64,000 nucleotides of DNA, taken from assembly GCA_963749495.1 (NCBI GenBank), contig CAVVMW010000021.1, forward strand, positions 904,804 to 968,803, written 5' to 3'. The stretch comes from an uncultured bacterium (lineage in GTDB: Bacteria > Verrucomicrobiota > Verrucomicrobiia > Limisphaerales > UBA8199). Below, piece after piece: positions 1 through 12,898 of the stretch. Position numbers and translations under genes: made by a program. Within the stretch, counting starts at the first letter, position 1; every line of letters begins with the position of its first letter. The notes below the pieces were generated by a model. The model was not told where the DNA came from, did not search any database, and saw nothing but the letters and a program-made list of their open reading frames with translations.

Positions 1-3000
1 GTGCCATCGCCCAAAACACCGAGGTGCGGGACCGGCACGGCCACGTCAAGGAGCGCTGGGTCAAAGAGGCGCAGGGAGGTGTCGCCGAGGGGTTGCCTTA
101 TGACCTCGTGAAGCGATATAAGATCAGCCCCTGGGGCGATGCCGGCTTGGTGGAGGAGAAGGCGACGGTGCGCGGAACGGACGTGGCGTTGTTTAGCGAT
201 AAGGGTGGTGAACGGCTGTATTTCGATCGGTCAAAGAACTATGAGTCTCCCCATTATGCAGTGGATACCACGGGCCAGTTCGGTATCGAGGCGAGTCTGG
301 CCGACGGAGCCAGATCCCATGTGACGGCGGTCTGGGTGTCCCGCCTCGTCCAGCAAGGGGGTAGTTCGGAGACCAATCGGGCCGCCGAACGGAAGATGGA
401 ACTCACGGGCTTGGATTTGCACGGCTTACTGTATCACCCGTTTACCCGGCGGATCGTCGATGGCGCGGGCAACCTTCTGGAAGCGGTGGGTGGCAAGGTG
501 CGGAATTTGAGGGCGCGCGGCTATTCGGAGGCCAATATAGTTGGAGAACTCGCGCTGGCTCGGGCCCTTCGGAGGACAGTTTATGGTTACCACCGGGCCT
601 GGGTGGTGGGCCAAGCGGATCCGGCGGCCGGGCAAGCGTTGGTGGTATCGCCGAAGCCGCCCAAGCCAGGGGCCGGCGCCTGGAGCGTAAATGAAATGGG
701 CTGGCGCGAACTGCCGACGGAGGCCTACAGCTACCGGTTGGATGCTTCGGGCTCCAGGACCAAAGGCGGAACCAGTTTCCGTTTGGTTCGCCGGCTCTCC
801 GCCCCACGGTTCCTCAAAGAGAACCGCCATCTCCCCGGCGTGACCAACGTTTGGCTGGCTTGGTCCACCACTGACTTCAGTGGCGCCGGAGTCGCGCTCT
901 TCGAGTCGGAATTGATCCAGGATGCCCAGGGAGAACTCAGCACCCTGGTCACGCGCAAACCCAATAGCCAAGGAGAGCCGGGGGACAAGATCGTGTATCG
1001 CCTGCCACGTCCATCGCCGGGAGATTGGCGAGCCGTGGGCACGCCAGTGGGGACGGACCGGGCACGCCTGGGCCTGGGCGGCCCGGACGACCTTTCGGGG
1101 TGTGATTTTGTTGCCTTTTATGCCCAGATCCCCAGGGCAGCCCGCCTCGCCTTGAGGCTGCAAGATGTGAGGCATCGCTCCATGCGGGTGGTCGAGTCGG
1201 GTGGGGCCGGAGGCCCGGACGCGGCCCAGTTCTGGCCGGTGGGACAAGTGTGCTGGCTGCCAAACGAGAATCTGCCCCGCCATGGCGCGGCAGTTTCGGC
1301 CCCGCCGGACCTGGTGGCCGAGGGCGCGGTCTTTGTGGTGCCCATCGCCGAACTGGTTCGGGCTGGTCTGGAAGTGGCTCACTTGGCCTCGTGCGAATTG
1401 GAGGTCGTGAATGCCGGAACTCAACCGGTTCGAGCGACGCCGATCTTCAAGCTGGCAAGTGGGGGACGGTTCCGAGCGTCGCCAGCGAGTCTGGACTTCA
1501 CCTATGAAACGCGGGCTTACTCGAGCGGGTTGACGATGCTCCGGCGGAACAGGGCCAATCTCACAACGGCCCAAGTGCGGAAAGGCATCGGCTGGAATGC
1601 TCTCCTGGGATACGGCCGCGGTCGGGTGGCGGTGTTGAACCCGCGCGTCGAACCTCCCTATTATTCGATTTTGACAGTAACCGATGACTCCGACCCGGAC
1701 CGCCCTTGGCCGCTTTACGCTTTGGCCGCCGAGGATGGGGCCTTCCTGGAGTACTACCAGACGGAGGGGGTGGGCGATATTCAGGTATATACCGTTGCCA
1801 ATGGGTTGGGGACGCCCAAAATGGAGGTCTTTCGCGGCGGTGTTCTGGACGATGAAATCACCCCGGGCATTCTGGCGTTCGGGCACGGTTACTATGTGAG
1901 CCTGCCCCTGGCCAAGGCCAGGGGCGGACTCTCGAGTGTGTTTGCGCGGTTGCACAACCGGTGCGTAGCCAGTGCCTTCGCTTTGGGCGCAGACAACTTG
2001 TTGCGCGCGGTGTTTAACTTTGACCGCATCCCAACCGAATTGCGGCAGGTAACCGGAGAGCACGGCGCCGCCGCCTCGCAGGCGCGGGTCATTGACCAGT
2101 TGCCCACCCTGGCGGGGGCGCTGGTTCCGCGACGGCGGCTCCCGTGGGGGCAGACCGGCCCTGCGCCGCCGGTCCCCGGCGTGTTGGAGGTGCAAACCAA
2201 TTGGCTGCGCACCCACCTGAGCCAGCTCTCGGGCTCTATCTCGAAACCAAGCTGATTCCTACCTCACCCGGCACGGGAGCGGCGCGGTATGTGGACACGG
2301 TGCAGGAGGCCGCGTTGATCGAACTGGCGGTGAAATTGCGGGAGCCGGCGCTGGCGAGGGACTTGCTGGCCTTCTATTGCGAAAAGTCGCAGGGCGGCGC
2401 CCGCCCGCTTCATGACTGCTACGACGCGGAGACGGGAGCGTCGCTCACGCAGGAGGCGCGCTATGCGCGGCCGAGCGACGCGGCCAAAACTGCCCGGGCG
2501 CAGTTGGCGATGGCGGAGGCGGCGTTCTGCCTCGGGACCGCCACCGGCGACCGGAACACACTGGAGTTCGGCCGGCGCCTGGTCGATTTGGTGCTGCCAA
2601 AGTTTCGGCCGAGCACGAACGACACGGCGTGGCCGGCAGGCATCGCCGAGAGCGAGGTTCGGGCCTTGAGAAGGCTTCCCGGGCTGACGTTGTGGCCCGA
2701 GCCGAAGCGTTTTTCGGTGGGCAGCAATGCGCGCGCCTATCTGCCTCTTCGCGCGGTTGGCGGAGCAGGCGCCGAGCTATCCTTTCGGGCCCGAATGGCG
2801 GCAGCAAATGTTGGAGGCGGCGCGCGAGCAGGCGGCTTGGCTGACCAATCGGATCGGGGTGTGTGCGCAGACCGCCGGCGTGGTTCCGCGGGGCTTATTC
2901 GAACTCCAGGACGTGCATCGCGAGACCCTGGCCTTGGCGACGGAGCTCTGGAGCGCCACCGATGACTGGCTGGATTTTATCGAAGCGGCGGACCGTTTGG

Positions 3001-6000
3001 GGGTGAGCAAGGAACTCACCCGGGGCTGGTTAGACAATCTGGCGCGAGCCCATGGCGTCACTGTGGAGGGGAACTGGGGCCTGGATTGGGTCATCCCGTT
3101 GCAGCGGCCGGAGGCAATCTCAGTGGTGCTGACAGCCAAATTCCTGCGCGTGGCGCGGCTGCTGGGATACGATGCCGCGGCCGATTTTGCCCAGTGGAAT
3201 CTGGGCCGCCTGCGGCAGGGGGACAAGTGGCCGGCGCTGGTCACGGCCGCCAGCACGAATGCGCCGCTGGCCACCGGTCTAGGCCCCGAGATCTATCCGG
3301 CTGAAACCGGTCTTCCGGGCAAGCGGAAAGGAGGCGGGACCTCGGCGCAACTTCGTCCACCGGCCATGGCCGCGGCGGATGAAAGCCAGCAGCCCGCGGT
3401 TTCGGGCTGGCCCGAGACGCTGGGGGTGTACGCCGAATTGGCAGATCCCGCCTGGCCGGCCAGGCTGCCACCAGTGAGTGCGCTGGAACTGCGCCCCGAG
3501 CCGGAGCCGGATATCACACAGTTCCTGTGGACCGCCGCCGGATTCTATCTGAGCCTGGTGGGGGTTGCGTTGTTTTGGTGGGGCCTGAGCTACGCGCGCC
3601 GCCGCCGCCGGAAGCTGGCCCCTGCCGGCGATTCGGGGCTGCTGGTTTCGGAGGAGGTGATGCGCCGGGCCGAGGAGCGGTGGGCCAAACGTGTGTTGGG
3701 GATGAGCATCCCGGCAGGGGCGGAGCATTCGCGCTATTGCAACGGCGCCATCGAGCAGAACTTCCATATCCAGTTGCGGGCGAGCTATAAGCTGGTCCTG
3801 GAGTGGCGGCGCGTTGTCAACGGTTGGTCCGAGAGCGATGAGCGGCTCGTCGAGGGGGGGGGCGATGAATGGCTCAACGGTCTGGATGAATTCGCGGTGC
3901 TGGTCGGCATTTATATGCGCTGGGTGGTGAAGGCGGGCCGGAAGGACGGGCTGCCCCAGAGCGATGTCTTGCTCGAAAACGAGGACAGCAACCATATCTG
4001 GTCGCGGTTGGTCATGTATTTTTCCGAGTCTCATCTCCGGCTGCTGGCCTTGATAAAGGAGTTTAAGGCCAACCCCGCCACGGCAGCGGTCCTCGGGGTG
4101 AACGACCAGATCGAGCTGGTGCTGCGGATGATGGGGGTGCGGGCCCGGACTGACCCTTTGATGCCCGCGAAGGATTCGATGCGCCCGCCGGCGCGTCGGC
4201 GCTCGACCTGCTGATGCTGCAACTGCCGGGCGCGAGCCTGGCGCGGGTGGTCGAGGAAATGGAGCGCAAGTGGGATGTGCCCGTCGAGCATGTGGTAAGC
4301 TTCATCAAAGGATACAAGTCGTTCAAAGAGCGCGAGCAATTGTTTCCCATTCATCCCTATCTGCTGGAAGCGGCAAAGATGCTGCCTCATTTCCTGCTCA
4401 TGGGTTTGGTGGCGTTGATCTGGTACAACAACGGGCTCGAGGGGTTGAAGATCTATCCCTACTTGAAGCAGTTGGCCAAGGACCTGGCACTGGATTGGCA
4501 CTCTTTGAACTGGGCAGCGCCGCTTTTTGCAGGGTTTGGGTTGAGCGTGGCGGCGCGTCTGCTGGAGGTCTATCGCTATCGCTGGGGCCCCCAGGCAGCC
4601 CAGGGCTCCTCGCTAAGCCTGGACAGGGATGTGGCCAGCTTGTTCGGGCGCGCGCCCCAGATCTCGACGCCGGCGCTGCGCCTTGGGTGGTGGTGGAATC
4701 CCCTGGTTTACCAACGGGCCGGCTGGATTTTCCGCTCGGCCGGCCTGGGATTGCTGACGCTGGCCCTGTTCCAGTTGGAGCCGCCGAAGGAGCCGCCGAA
4801 TTTCGCCAGCTTCATGTTTGTAAAGGGATGGGGTGGCGTGCTGCTGCTGGCGGAATCGGCGGGCCTGTTGCTGCCGCTGATTGTTTCCCGGTTCAGCTCC
4901 TGGTTGGAGGACCGGGTGGGCGCCAATCCGCGGGCGGGCCGGCTTAGCCGGTGGGTCAACCAACTCAACCTGGTCCCCACGCGCCCCGCCTCGCTGATCT
5001 GGCTTTCGATCAAATATCATTTTCAGCCCTCCGTGCCCACGGGCGGGTTTTGGCCGATGACCCAGGCGATCGGGTTTTACCTTGTCTTCGGGGCGATCTT
5101 CTTCTTCGTCGGGAGCTACATGTTCAAGCAGGCCCTGGAGATTTGGTTCCAGGAGACCTATCGCCATGGCTTGGACCTCCGCCTGATCGCCGGGATGTTT
5201 CTGTTCTGGAACACCATGTATCTGCTGCGCTTCGGGCTTTTCGTGGTGCTGACGGCGCTGGTCTCTGCCGCTGCGATTTATCCCGTCAAAGTCGCGTGCG
5301 CGGCGGGGGCCTTCGGTTGTTTCGTTCTCCAGTTCCTCAGTGAATCGTTCACTGGCTACCTGGATCATCATGCGGGGGCGGTGGGAGCGGCGTTGGTCCT
5401 CAGCCTGGCGCTCATGGCTTTTGAGGGCGAGATCCTCGACTGGGTGCGGCAATCCCGCCTGTGGCACGGACTGCGGGCGCGCCGGCAGGCAAGGGAGCAG
5501 GGGGCGTTGGACCAAATGCGACGCGATCCCAATCGAGCCTTGGGCGTCGTTTACATGAGCGGCGATGACTTGTCCTTCCACAAACTGACGCCCGAGTTGC
5601 TGATCAGCCGCCTCCAGACCCTGCGGGACCGGCTTGGGTCCGGCGGGATGCGGTTGCTGGCGCAGGCGCAGCGACTCCCGGAGGATGCGGAGCTGACGCA
5701 ATGGTTTAAGGCCCTTTATGAGCTGGAGCGGCGGGGGGATGTGACTCTGTGGCACCCGCTGCAGTTGGTCGTTTCCGGGGAAGAGCCGCGCCTGGCCGAT
5801 GAGTTGGGCCTCAACTTGAGGGTGGCCAGCGGGAGCGAGCGTGACCGGGTGCTGGCGGCCTGGCACCTTCGGCGCTGGCTGGTCACCATGATGTCAACGG
5901 CCGGGCATGCCCAGGATACCGGCATCAATCTGGTGGATATCGCGCTGTGCCTGGCGCGCGAGGGCCTGGGTGCAAACACCGTGTTTTACCTGATTCAGAA

Positions 6001-8460
6001 CAAGTATGATAACAATGACAACAACCGGCCCGCGCAATTGCCATACGACAAGGGAGAACTCGGGCAACGGAACAAACTGGCGCGCCTGCTGATGGCGGCC
6101 GCGCCGGGCGCTCGGGCCTATAGCCTCAATGACTGGACGCCCTTTGGATTCAAAGCCGGCGGCCTGGTGGCCATGGACCTGGTTTATGAGGAGTCGCTCA
6201 AGCTCACCAATATGCTGGTGCTGGACCGGAACGCCAACGCGCACGACCTGGAGGCGGTGATGGCGGACCTCAAGCTGGCGCTGAGTGACCCGGGCGTCGT
6301 CATTGTCATCCCCGGGCGCAGCACCACCAACACCCTCACGCCCATCGGCCAGAGTTCGCAATTGGTCGAGGAGGGGCACGCGCGCTGACCCGCGGGGTGA
6401 TGCTGGTGGGTGGGGTGGGCGCCGAGACCCTGGGGACCGGTTGGGGCAACATCCAGGCGATTTATTACGGACGCGTCCAGCGCGCGTTATGTGACACCAA
6501 CACCCCCAAGATGCCGCTGACGGCGGCGGCGGCGCGCGGCGCCACGTTCGGCGACCGGTGCGAGGGCCTGATTGGGTTCGGCCCGCACGCCATCGGCATT
6601 TCCGAGGATATCTGGGGCGTGACCCAGGCGGCGCACAACGCCCTGGCACTGGGTTACCAGGTCAAGTTCCGGCGTTCCCGGGCGATGTGGCACAAGCTCC
6701 GGGAGTGCTGGAGCCATGCCGAGTGGCTCTCGGCCTTCCCCCGGTGGTCCGGAGGCTACCTTCAGATGATGCTCGACCCAATCATGCAGCGCATCAACGA
6801 TGGCGGACCGCTTTCCGTTTTTGCGAAGGAGATTCGGGCCAGCGGCGGCCGGTTCTTTTTGAGCGCCCCCTTTGCGCTCCTGAGCATCCTGCTGATGCCC
6901 CTGGCGATCATCTGCGACATCTCGCCATTCGTGCAGATCCTGGTGCTGCTCTGGAACCTGGGTTTGGTCATGAACCAGGTCCTGACCGCGCTGGGGTTGG
7001 TGGCGTGCCTTGAGGGCACAGGGTTCAATCGGCTCACCGCCTTCGCCGGCGCCGGGGCCGCAGCCATCCTGGGGCAGGAAGTGCCGGCCTTCAACTCGTT
7101 TACCCTGCCGCTGGTCGTGGCAGGCTTCCTCGCGGGCGGCTTTTGCCTGGGCCTCGGCCGATGGCTCTATTACCGGGGTCGCGACGTGATGCTCTTTGGC
7201 CCGCAACTGGTCATTCACGCCTTGGGCCAGGTGGTGCGGCAGAGCCTCGAGTTCGTGCTCTCGGGCGCCTCCGCCAACGATGCCAAGGCGGTCAACATGG
7301 CGTTTCGGACCTGGGTCGGGCCCCGCGAGGACCGGCCCTTCGAGACTTATCAGAATTTCGTCAACCTCCGCACGGTGGTGTGGGGCGTGGGGTTGGGTTC
7401 ACTCTTGCTGAATCTCTTTGCCTTGGCGAACCTGGATTTCCTCAACGTGCTGCTGCTGTTGCCTTCGTTGATGTTCAGCGTGAGCGCCTTGGTGGGGCCG
7501 TTTTTGATGCAACCCAAGGCGGGTAGCCATTGGGGCGCGGTGGTTTGGGCGCCCAAACTGTTGGGATGGCTGGCCAGTTTCATATTCTACCTGCTGGTGG
7601 CATGGCTCATCGCGGGCGGCGGGTGGTGGGAATGGGCCGGCCTGGGCCTCCTTGCGGCATGTCTGGGCCGGGTCCTGATGGCGGGACTTCGTTATGTGGG
7701 ATACCCTCGTCGTCTCCGCAAACTCCGGGGCCAATTGGCGGAGGAGTTGGCGGCCCAGGGCTTGCCGCTGGAAGAGGCAGAGAAGCTCGCATGGAATATC
7801 ATGGCCGGCCTGGGAACGGATCTGGAAAAGACCAAGGCCACCCTGGAGCGAACGGCGTTGTCGAGCGAGGGCCGGGCAGCCATCGCGAAAACGGTGCAGG
7901 ACCGCGTGTTGCCGCTGCTCAAGAAGCCGATCTCCGACCTCCTCGAGCGGCCCTCGGCCAACCTGCGCTTTGCCTGCGAATGGCGCCGCTCGTTTGTGTT
8001 GGGGTTGTTCACGTTCGTCTGGTTTTTTGTCGTGCCAATGCCCGGCCTCCTGGTGTTCACGGCCCCGGGCGGCTACCGGATCTCGACTTTGCCGTCCAGC
8101 GTTTTTGCCGGCGCTGCGCTCGTGCTCGGGGTGGTGCTGGCGGCGGGCCTCTTGAGCCTGGCGCTGGAGTGGTGGGAGAAGCATGGCTGGTGGGGCGCGG
8201 GCTTGGTGCCGGCGATCGCTGCCCATTATCGCTCGTTCGAGTCGCTCGCGGCGCAGCCAGGCAAGCTGACGCCAGTGGACACCGCCCGGTTCCATGCTAT
8301 GTTTACCGACGTTCAGACGTATTTCGATCAGCGCAGCTATGGGTACGCCCGCCGCTCGCTTCGGCAGATCCAGCAACGCCTGGCGGCGGCGGGACCAGGC
8401 AGAGCGCCCGGCGAGCTGCCCCAGGCAATGGAACCGCCGCCCGGTGCGCGGCCCGGCTGA
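1..8460 (+). CDS. Giant multi-domain membrane protein, 5'-partial (>2800 aa): extracytoplasmic region with CBM-like and (alpha/alpha)6 GH-like domains, TM helices, divergent processive GT2-like glycosyltransferase; 4 apparent frameshifts
   Basis: ORFs 24-2255, 2144-2965, 2727-4214, 4214-6388 and 6397-8460 rejoin with 1-nt fixes: ~2235 LSGLYLETKLIP, ~2745 AYLLFAR, ~4155 DPFDAREGFD, ~6380 EGHRALTRGVM. GT-like motifs in order: FKAGGL, LVLDRN, GISEDIW, AFPRWSGG, flanked by many hydrophobic helices. Reading frame is open to the window edge. Confidence 0.7.
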
Positions 8461-8556
8461 GCCGGCGGTGCTGAACTCCGATGGCAACGCTGTGAACCTG
8501 GAATCACCTACGAACTGGCAACTTCATTGGCGAGGGGCGGACGACAGCATTCTCCG

Positions 8557-8612
8557 CTGCCGCATAAATGCGGCCTTCCGAAGCCAACCGGAACGCCGCA
8601 TAAATGCGGCAG
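8557..8612. repeat. REP-like inverted doublet
   Basis: ctgccgcataaatgcggccttccg (8557-8580) and cggaacgccgcataaatgcggcag (8589-8612) are near reverse complements, each with an internal palindrome; intergenic. Confidence 0.75.
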
Positions 8613-8659
8613 GCGGGAGCCCTGGAAGGAATCTGTCGTGCGCCCAGGGGCGGGCGCTC

Positions 8660-11600
8660 ATGCCTGTTTGGGGCGCGGGCCTTAAGCGGATCCTGCTCGG
8701 GCCGGCGGCGGCCTTGGCCCTTGGGCTCGGGGTGCTGGCTGGCCCCAGCCAGGCCGCCGAGGGCTTCCTGCAGATCCGCAACGGCTATTTCTGGGACCCT
8801 GTCGCCGGTGATTATTTCATCCCGCGCGGCGTGGCCTACCAGATCTGGAATCCACCGGTGGGGGCCAATCAATCCTTCGAGCAGGTGGATTACGACCTGC
8901 TGGAGATCCAAAAGCTGCACGCCAACTCGGTGCGGGCGGAGTTGACGTGGGGGCAGGTGCAGATTGGGCCGGACCAGTACGATTGGAGCAAGGCGGACCA
9001 CCTGATTCAGCAGGCTGAACGGCTTGGCCTCAAGCTGTTCATTATTATCGGATATCAGTATCCGCCTGCCTGGTTTCCAACAAATTGGCTCGCGATCAAC
9101 AACCAGGGCCTCCGAGCGGATGTGGTGCGGAGCCTTTCCAACAGCACGCCGGCCAATGCCCTGAATTGCCTGCCCGCGGCGACCGCGCTCGCGCTCCAGT
9201 TAACCAACTCCAGCTCACCGACGGTGCTGACGCAGGTGATGAACTGCCTGGTGGCGGGCGCCAAGGCGGGGGGCGTTTCGAATATCATCCAGAGCCTGCA
9301 GGCCACGCTCACCCTGGACCAACTCAACGCCAACCTGCCGTTCCTGATTTCGGACGTGATCAATTATGAGGACCCCCGCGCGCAAGCCGTCTATACGCAG
9401 GTACATCGCGGCGGTCACGGGGCGTTATCAGGGCAGCCCGGCGGTTGGCGGCTGGATTTTGGGCAACGAATACGCCTATTTTGACCTGTGGGAAGATCCG
9501 AACCTGTACCCGGCGCGTCGGTTTCTCGGTTATGATCCGCTCTCCCAACAGAGCTTTCACAATTACCTGCAGTCGCACTACCAAACCAATATTGCGGCGC
9601 TCAATGCCAACTGGCAGGCCAGTTACCCCGATTTTGCCTCGGTCGTCATGCCGCTGGAATACCCGCCCAATCGGCTGTTTCCCGGCTACCAGGACCTGCT
9701 GCAATGGCGCAAACAGAGCATCGGTAACTTTGTCGCCCTGGGCGCTGCGGCGGCGCGGCAGGCCGACCCAAACCACCTGCGCACCTATTCAATGGTGGGC
9801 GGGATTTTCAGCGGCCGCGACGCGAATTTCACGTGCGAAGATGCCAAGGCGATCGTGACCGCCTGTGCGGCGGCAGGGGCGCCGCTCGACTTCTGGTCGC
9901 TCAACAACTACGCCTGGGCTGAAATGGGCAGCGAGCTCCGCTCCGCCGCCTTTGGCATCGGCAAGTACCAGGCTCAATCCGGCCTGCCCGTCATGATTTC
10001 GGAGACCGGCTTCAGCAGTACCCGAGGACCTCTTCGATAAAGACCCCATTACCGGCTATCTCTGGGCCGGAGCCCGCCAACCCAAAGCCCTGCCCAGCAC
10101 TCTGTGGGAATCCCTGCTCGCCGGGGCCATCGGCTTCCACTTCTTCACCTGGAACGACCGGGGCTTTTTCACCCAGGCCTTTTTTCCCCGCGAGCGTGGC
10201 TTCGGCATCGTTCAGATCGACCGCCTGCCCAAACAGCCCGTTTATGACAACATCAAAGCCATGTTCCTGCAGATGGAAAACCTGCGCCTGGAACATTTGC
10301 TCGGCGGCTCGAGCAACCCGCCGCCCGATGTCCAGTTGTTCTGGAGCACCAACGCGGACATGGTGTGGCCCCGGGCCAACCAGGAGAACGCCATGATCTG
10401 GGGCGCCTTGAAGCGGCTGGGTTATCAGCCGGGCATCATTGACGATGCCGCCTTCGAGAGCGGGGCGGCCACCAATGCGCCGGTCCTGCTGCTCTCGCGC
10501 TGTGTCCAGATGGACCCGCGTGACCTCGAGCGTGTGGCGACCAATGTCCTGCCGGCGGGCATCTCCATTCACGCCGAGGCGGAGCTGCCAGGGCAATACG
10601 ATGCGTATTGCCGGAGCAACAACAACTGGGTGAGCCTGATGCGGACGCTCTTGGGCGTGGATGTCAGCGCGGCCGGCCCTGGCTTTGACCTCATCGTCAC
10701 CAACGACTGCTACACCCCGCTCCGCCTCCTCGGGGCAGCCAATCTCGGCCCCATCACGACCAGTTTTTCCACCGCCCAGGCGACTTGGAAGTTCTGGCAG
10801 CGGGTGATGCCGGTCTCGGCTCAAGTGCTGCTGACGGGCTCCGGCGTTGCCGGCGCCACTGGCGGCTGTTTTCCCTACCCGGATGCCACCTTATACCCGG
10901 CGCTGCTGGTCAATGCCGCCGGGGCCGGGCGGGGGCGAACCGCAGTCAACCCGTTCGCCTTGGGCGACACTTTCGCGACGAGCGGGACGGAGGCGAGGCA
11001 ATGGGACACGCGCTACGCTATCCTGGGTGCCATCTATCGCGACCACTTCGGCTCCAGCCCGCCGTGTCGCTCAGCAGCGCCGGTCCCCCCGAGTACGTGC
11101 TCCCCTCTTACCGGCTCTGCGCCAATGGCAGCGTGCTCATTGGGCTGCTCAATGAAGACACCAATGCCGCCAGCATCACGATATCAGCGCCCTCGCTCCT
11201 TGCCGGGCGGAAGGTGGAAGCCCTGTCGGCGGGGGGCGTCTTAACTCGGAATTCCACTGGGACATTGAACTACACCGTCGCGGGGGATGATTGCATCCTG
11301 TTGTATGCCTACGCTGCCACCGGGACACTGGATAGTTCGTTGATCAACCCGAATCCCAACAAGCTCTGGTTTGCGGACGCTCCGCTGGCCTTTTGGCCCA
11401 ACGGCTCCAACTGCCTTGTCAACCTCGGTTACGATGCCCAGGACCCCAATCTGGCGGTCATGGTAACGCTGGAGCAGACCTCGCCGAGGGGGAAGATCTA
11501 CGGCCAGTCCATTGCCACCAACATCACCGGGCAGGGCGCCCTTGCGGTGCCGGTGCCCGTGCCCGACCCGGATGCCAACGACCCGAATTACATCTCCTCG

Positions 11601-12868
11601 CGCGAGGGTGGAGAATACGTTTTTCGGGCCTGGCTCTTGCAGGCAGGTCTGCCGGTCTTCCAGAGCACGCTGCCGGCGCGGCTCCTCTTCGGGACGCATC
11701 CGACCCAGCCCTTGCCGGGCGTGGTGGCGCCAGGCAAAACTTACTCCGTCACCTTGGCTTGGGAAGAATTGCCTTCATACCTTTCCGGCAACGCAACGCC
11801 GCTGGATCGCGCGGCCTTGTGGGATTCCCTGGGCTGGGGCCAGGAGCATTACCGGATTGTCCTCGAGCTCAAATCGGGCAGCCAGAGCGTGGTGTCCAAT
11901 AGCTTCTTGACCAGTTCAGGCACGGGCAGCAACACCTTCTCGGTCACCGTGCCCCCCGGCGCGGCCGGGCCATTCACCTGGCAGGCCTACTCGGAAACCG
12001 CTGCCAACGTGCTGTCGGATGACGTCTTTGAAAGCTTCGAGGGTTATGCGACTGGCGCAAACTGGCAAGGGCCCGGCCTGCCGTATATAACCAACAACCT
12101 CACTTGGCCCTGGAACAGCTATGTCTATTCCTTTCCGGCGGCCACTTTTGACACCTCGCCGACCAACCTGTTTTTGAACGCGGGTGTGCAGCTCATCGGC
12201 TCGGACGGCTCCCAATCCGCGTTTATGGTCGTCACCAACCCATCATGGACGGCGTTCAGCGGCTTTGGGCTGGGTTACCAATTCACCAACGGCGATTGGG
12301 CGCTGCCGGCCGACCGCAGCCTATGGACCAACTACGTGTTCTCTTATGATTTCCAGGAGGCCAATAGTAACCTCTGTTCGGTCGAAATGCAGGTCAAGAG
12401 CCCAGACACCTATGTGGGGACCAACCAGATCCAAAACTTCATCCAATATACGAGCCTGTACGCCCCCGGCGCCAACGGGTGGTTCACCCTCAGCGCATCT
12501 CTCGATCAGTTTACAAACGCCTCCGGCACTTTCGATCCGAGCCATGTTGATACCTTGGCCCTGAATGTGGCGATGCTGGCCACGAATGTTCTGTATGTCG
12601 GTTCGTTCGACAATATCCGATTTGCGGGCCCGGAGGTTGATCTGGGGGCGGCCTCGTGACGACCGTGTACACCAGCGCGAACCAAACCGCCGGCTGGCTG
12701 AGCATCCAGCCCGCCGGTCCCGGCGCGGTATCGGTTTCCTGGCACGGCAACGGCGTCCTGCAATCGGCCCCGGCGATGACCGGGCCCTGGGCTGACGTGA
12801 CCAATGCCGCCACGCCGTTGTTGGTCAAGCCCTTGGTGTCCATGCGCTTTTACCGCCTCCGCCAGTGA
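8660..12868 (+). CDS. Secreted clan GH-A glycoside hydrolase (GH42/beta-galactosidase-like) with trimerisation-like, Ig-like, CBM-like and C-terminal RFYR domains; ~4 apparent frameshifts
   Basis: Signal peptide (AAALALGLGVLAGPSQA); NSVRAELTWGQVQ..DQYDWSKAD; acid/base GNEY; YQTNIAALNANW; nucleophile ISETG; tail SWHGNGVLQSAP..W..RFYRLRQ. Pieced from ORFs 8294-9484, 9366-10040, 10261-11244, 10785-12659 and 12656-12868. Confidence 0.75.
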
Positions 12869-12898
12869 ACTCCGGCGCGCGAGGCCTCCCTCCAAACC

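Noticed and set aside
426..2216. 596-aa minus-strand ORF and similar long antisense ORFs (4613-5866, 16889-18571, 25414-26934, 35096-36724, 38334-39935, 53431-55965)
   Set aside because: Shadow ORFs opposite well-supported genes in high-GC DNA; no recognisable motifs.
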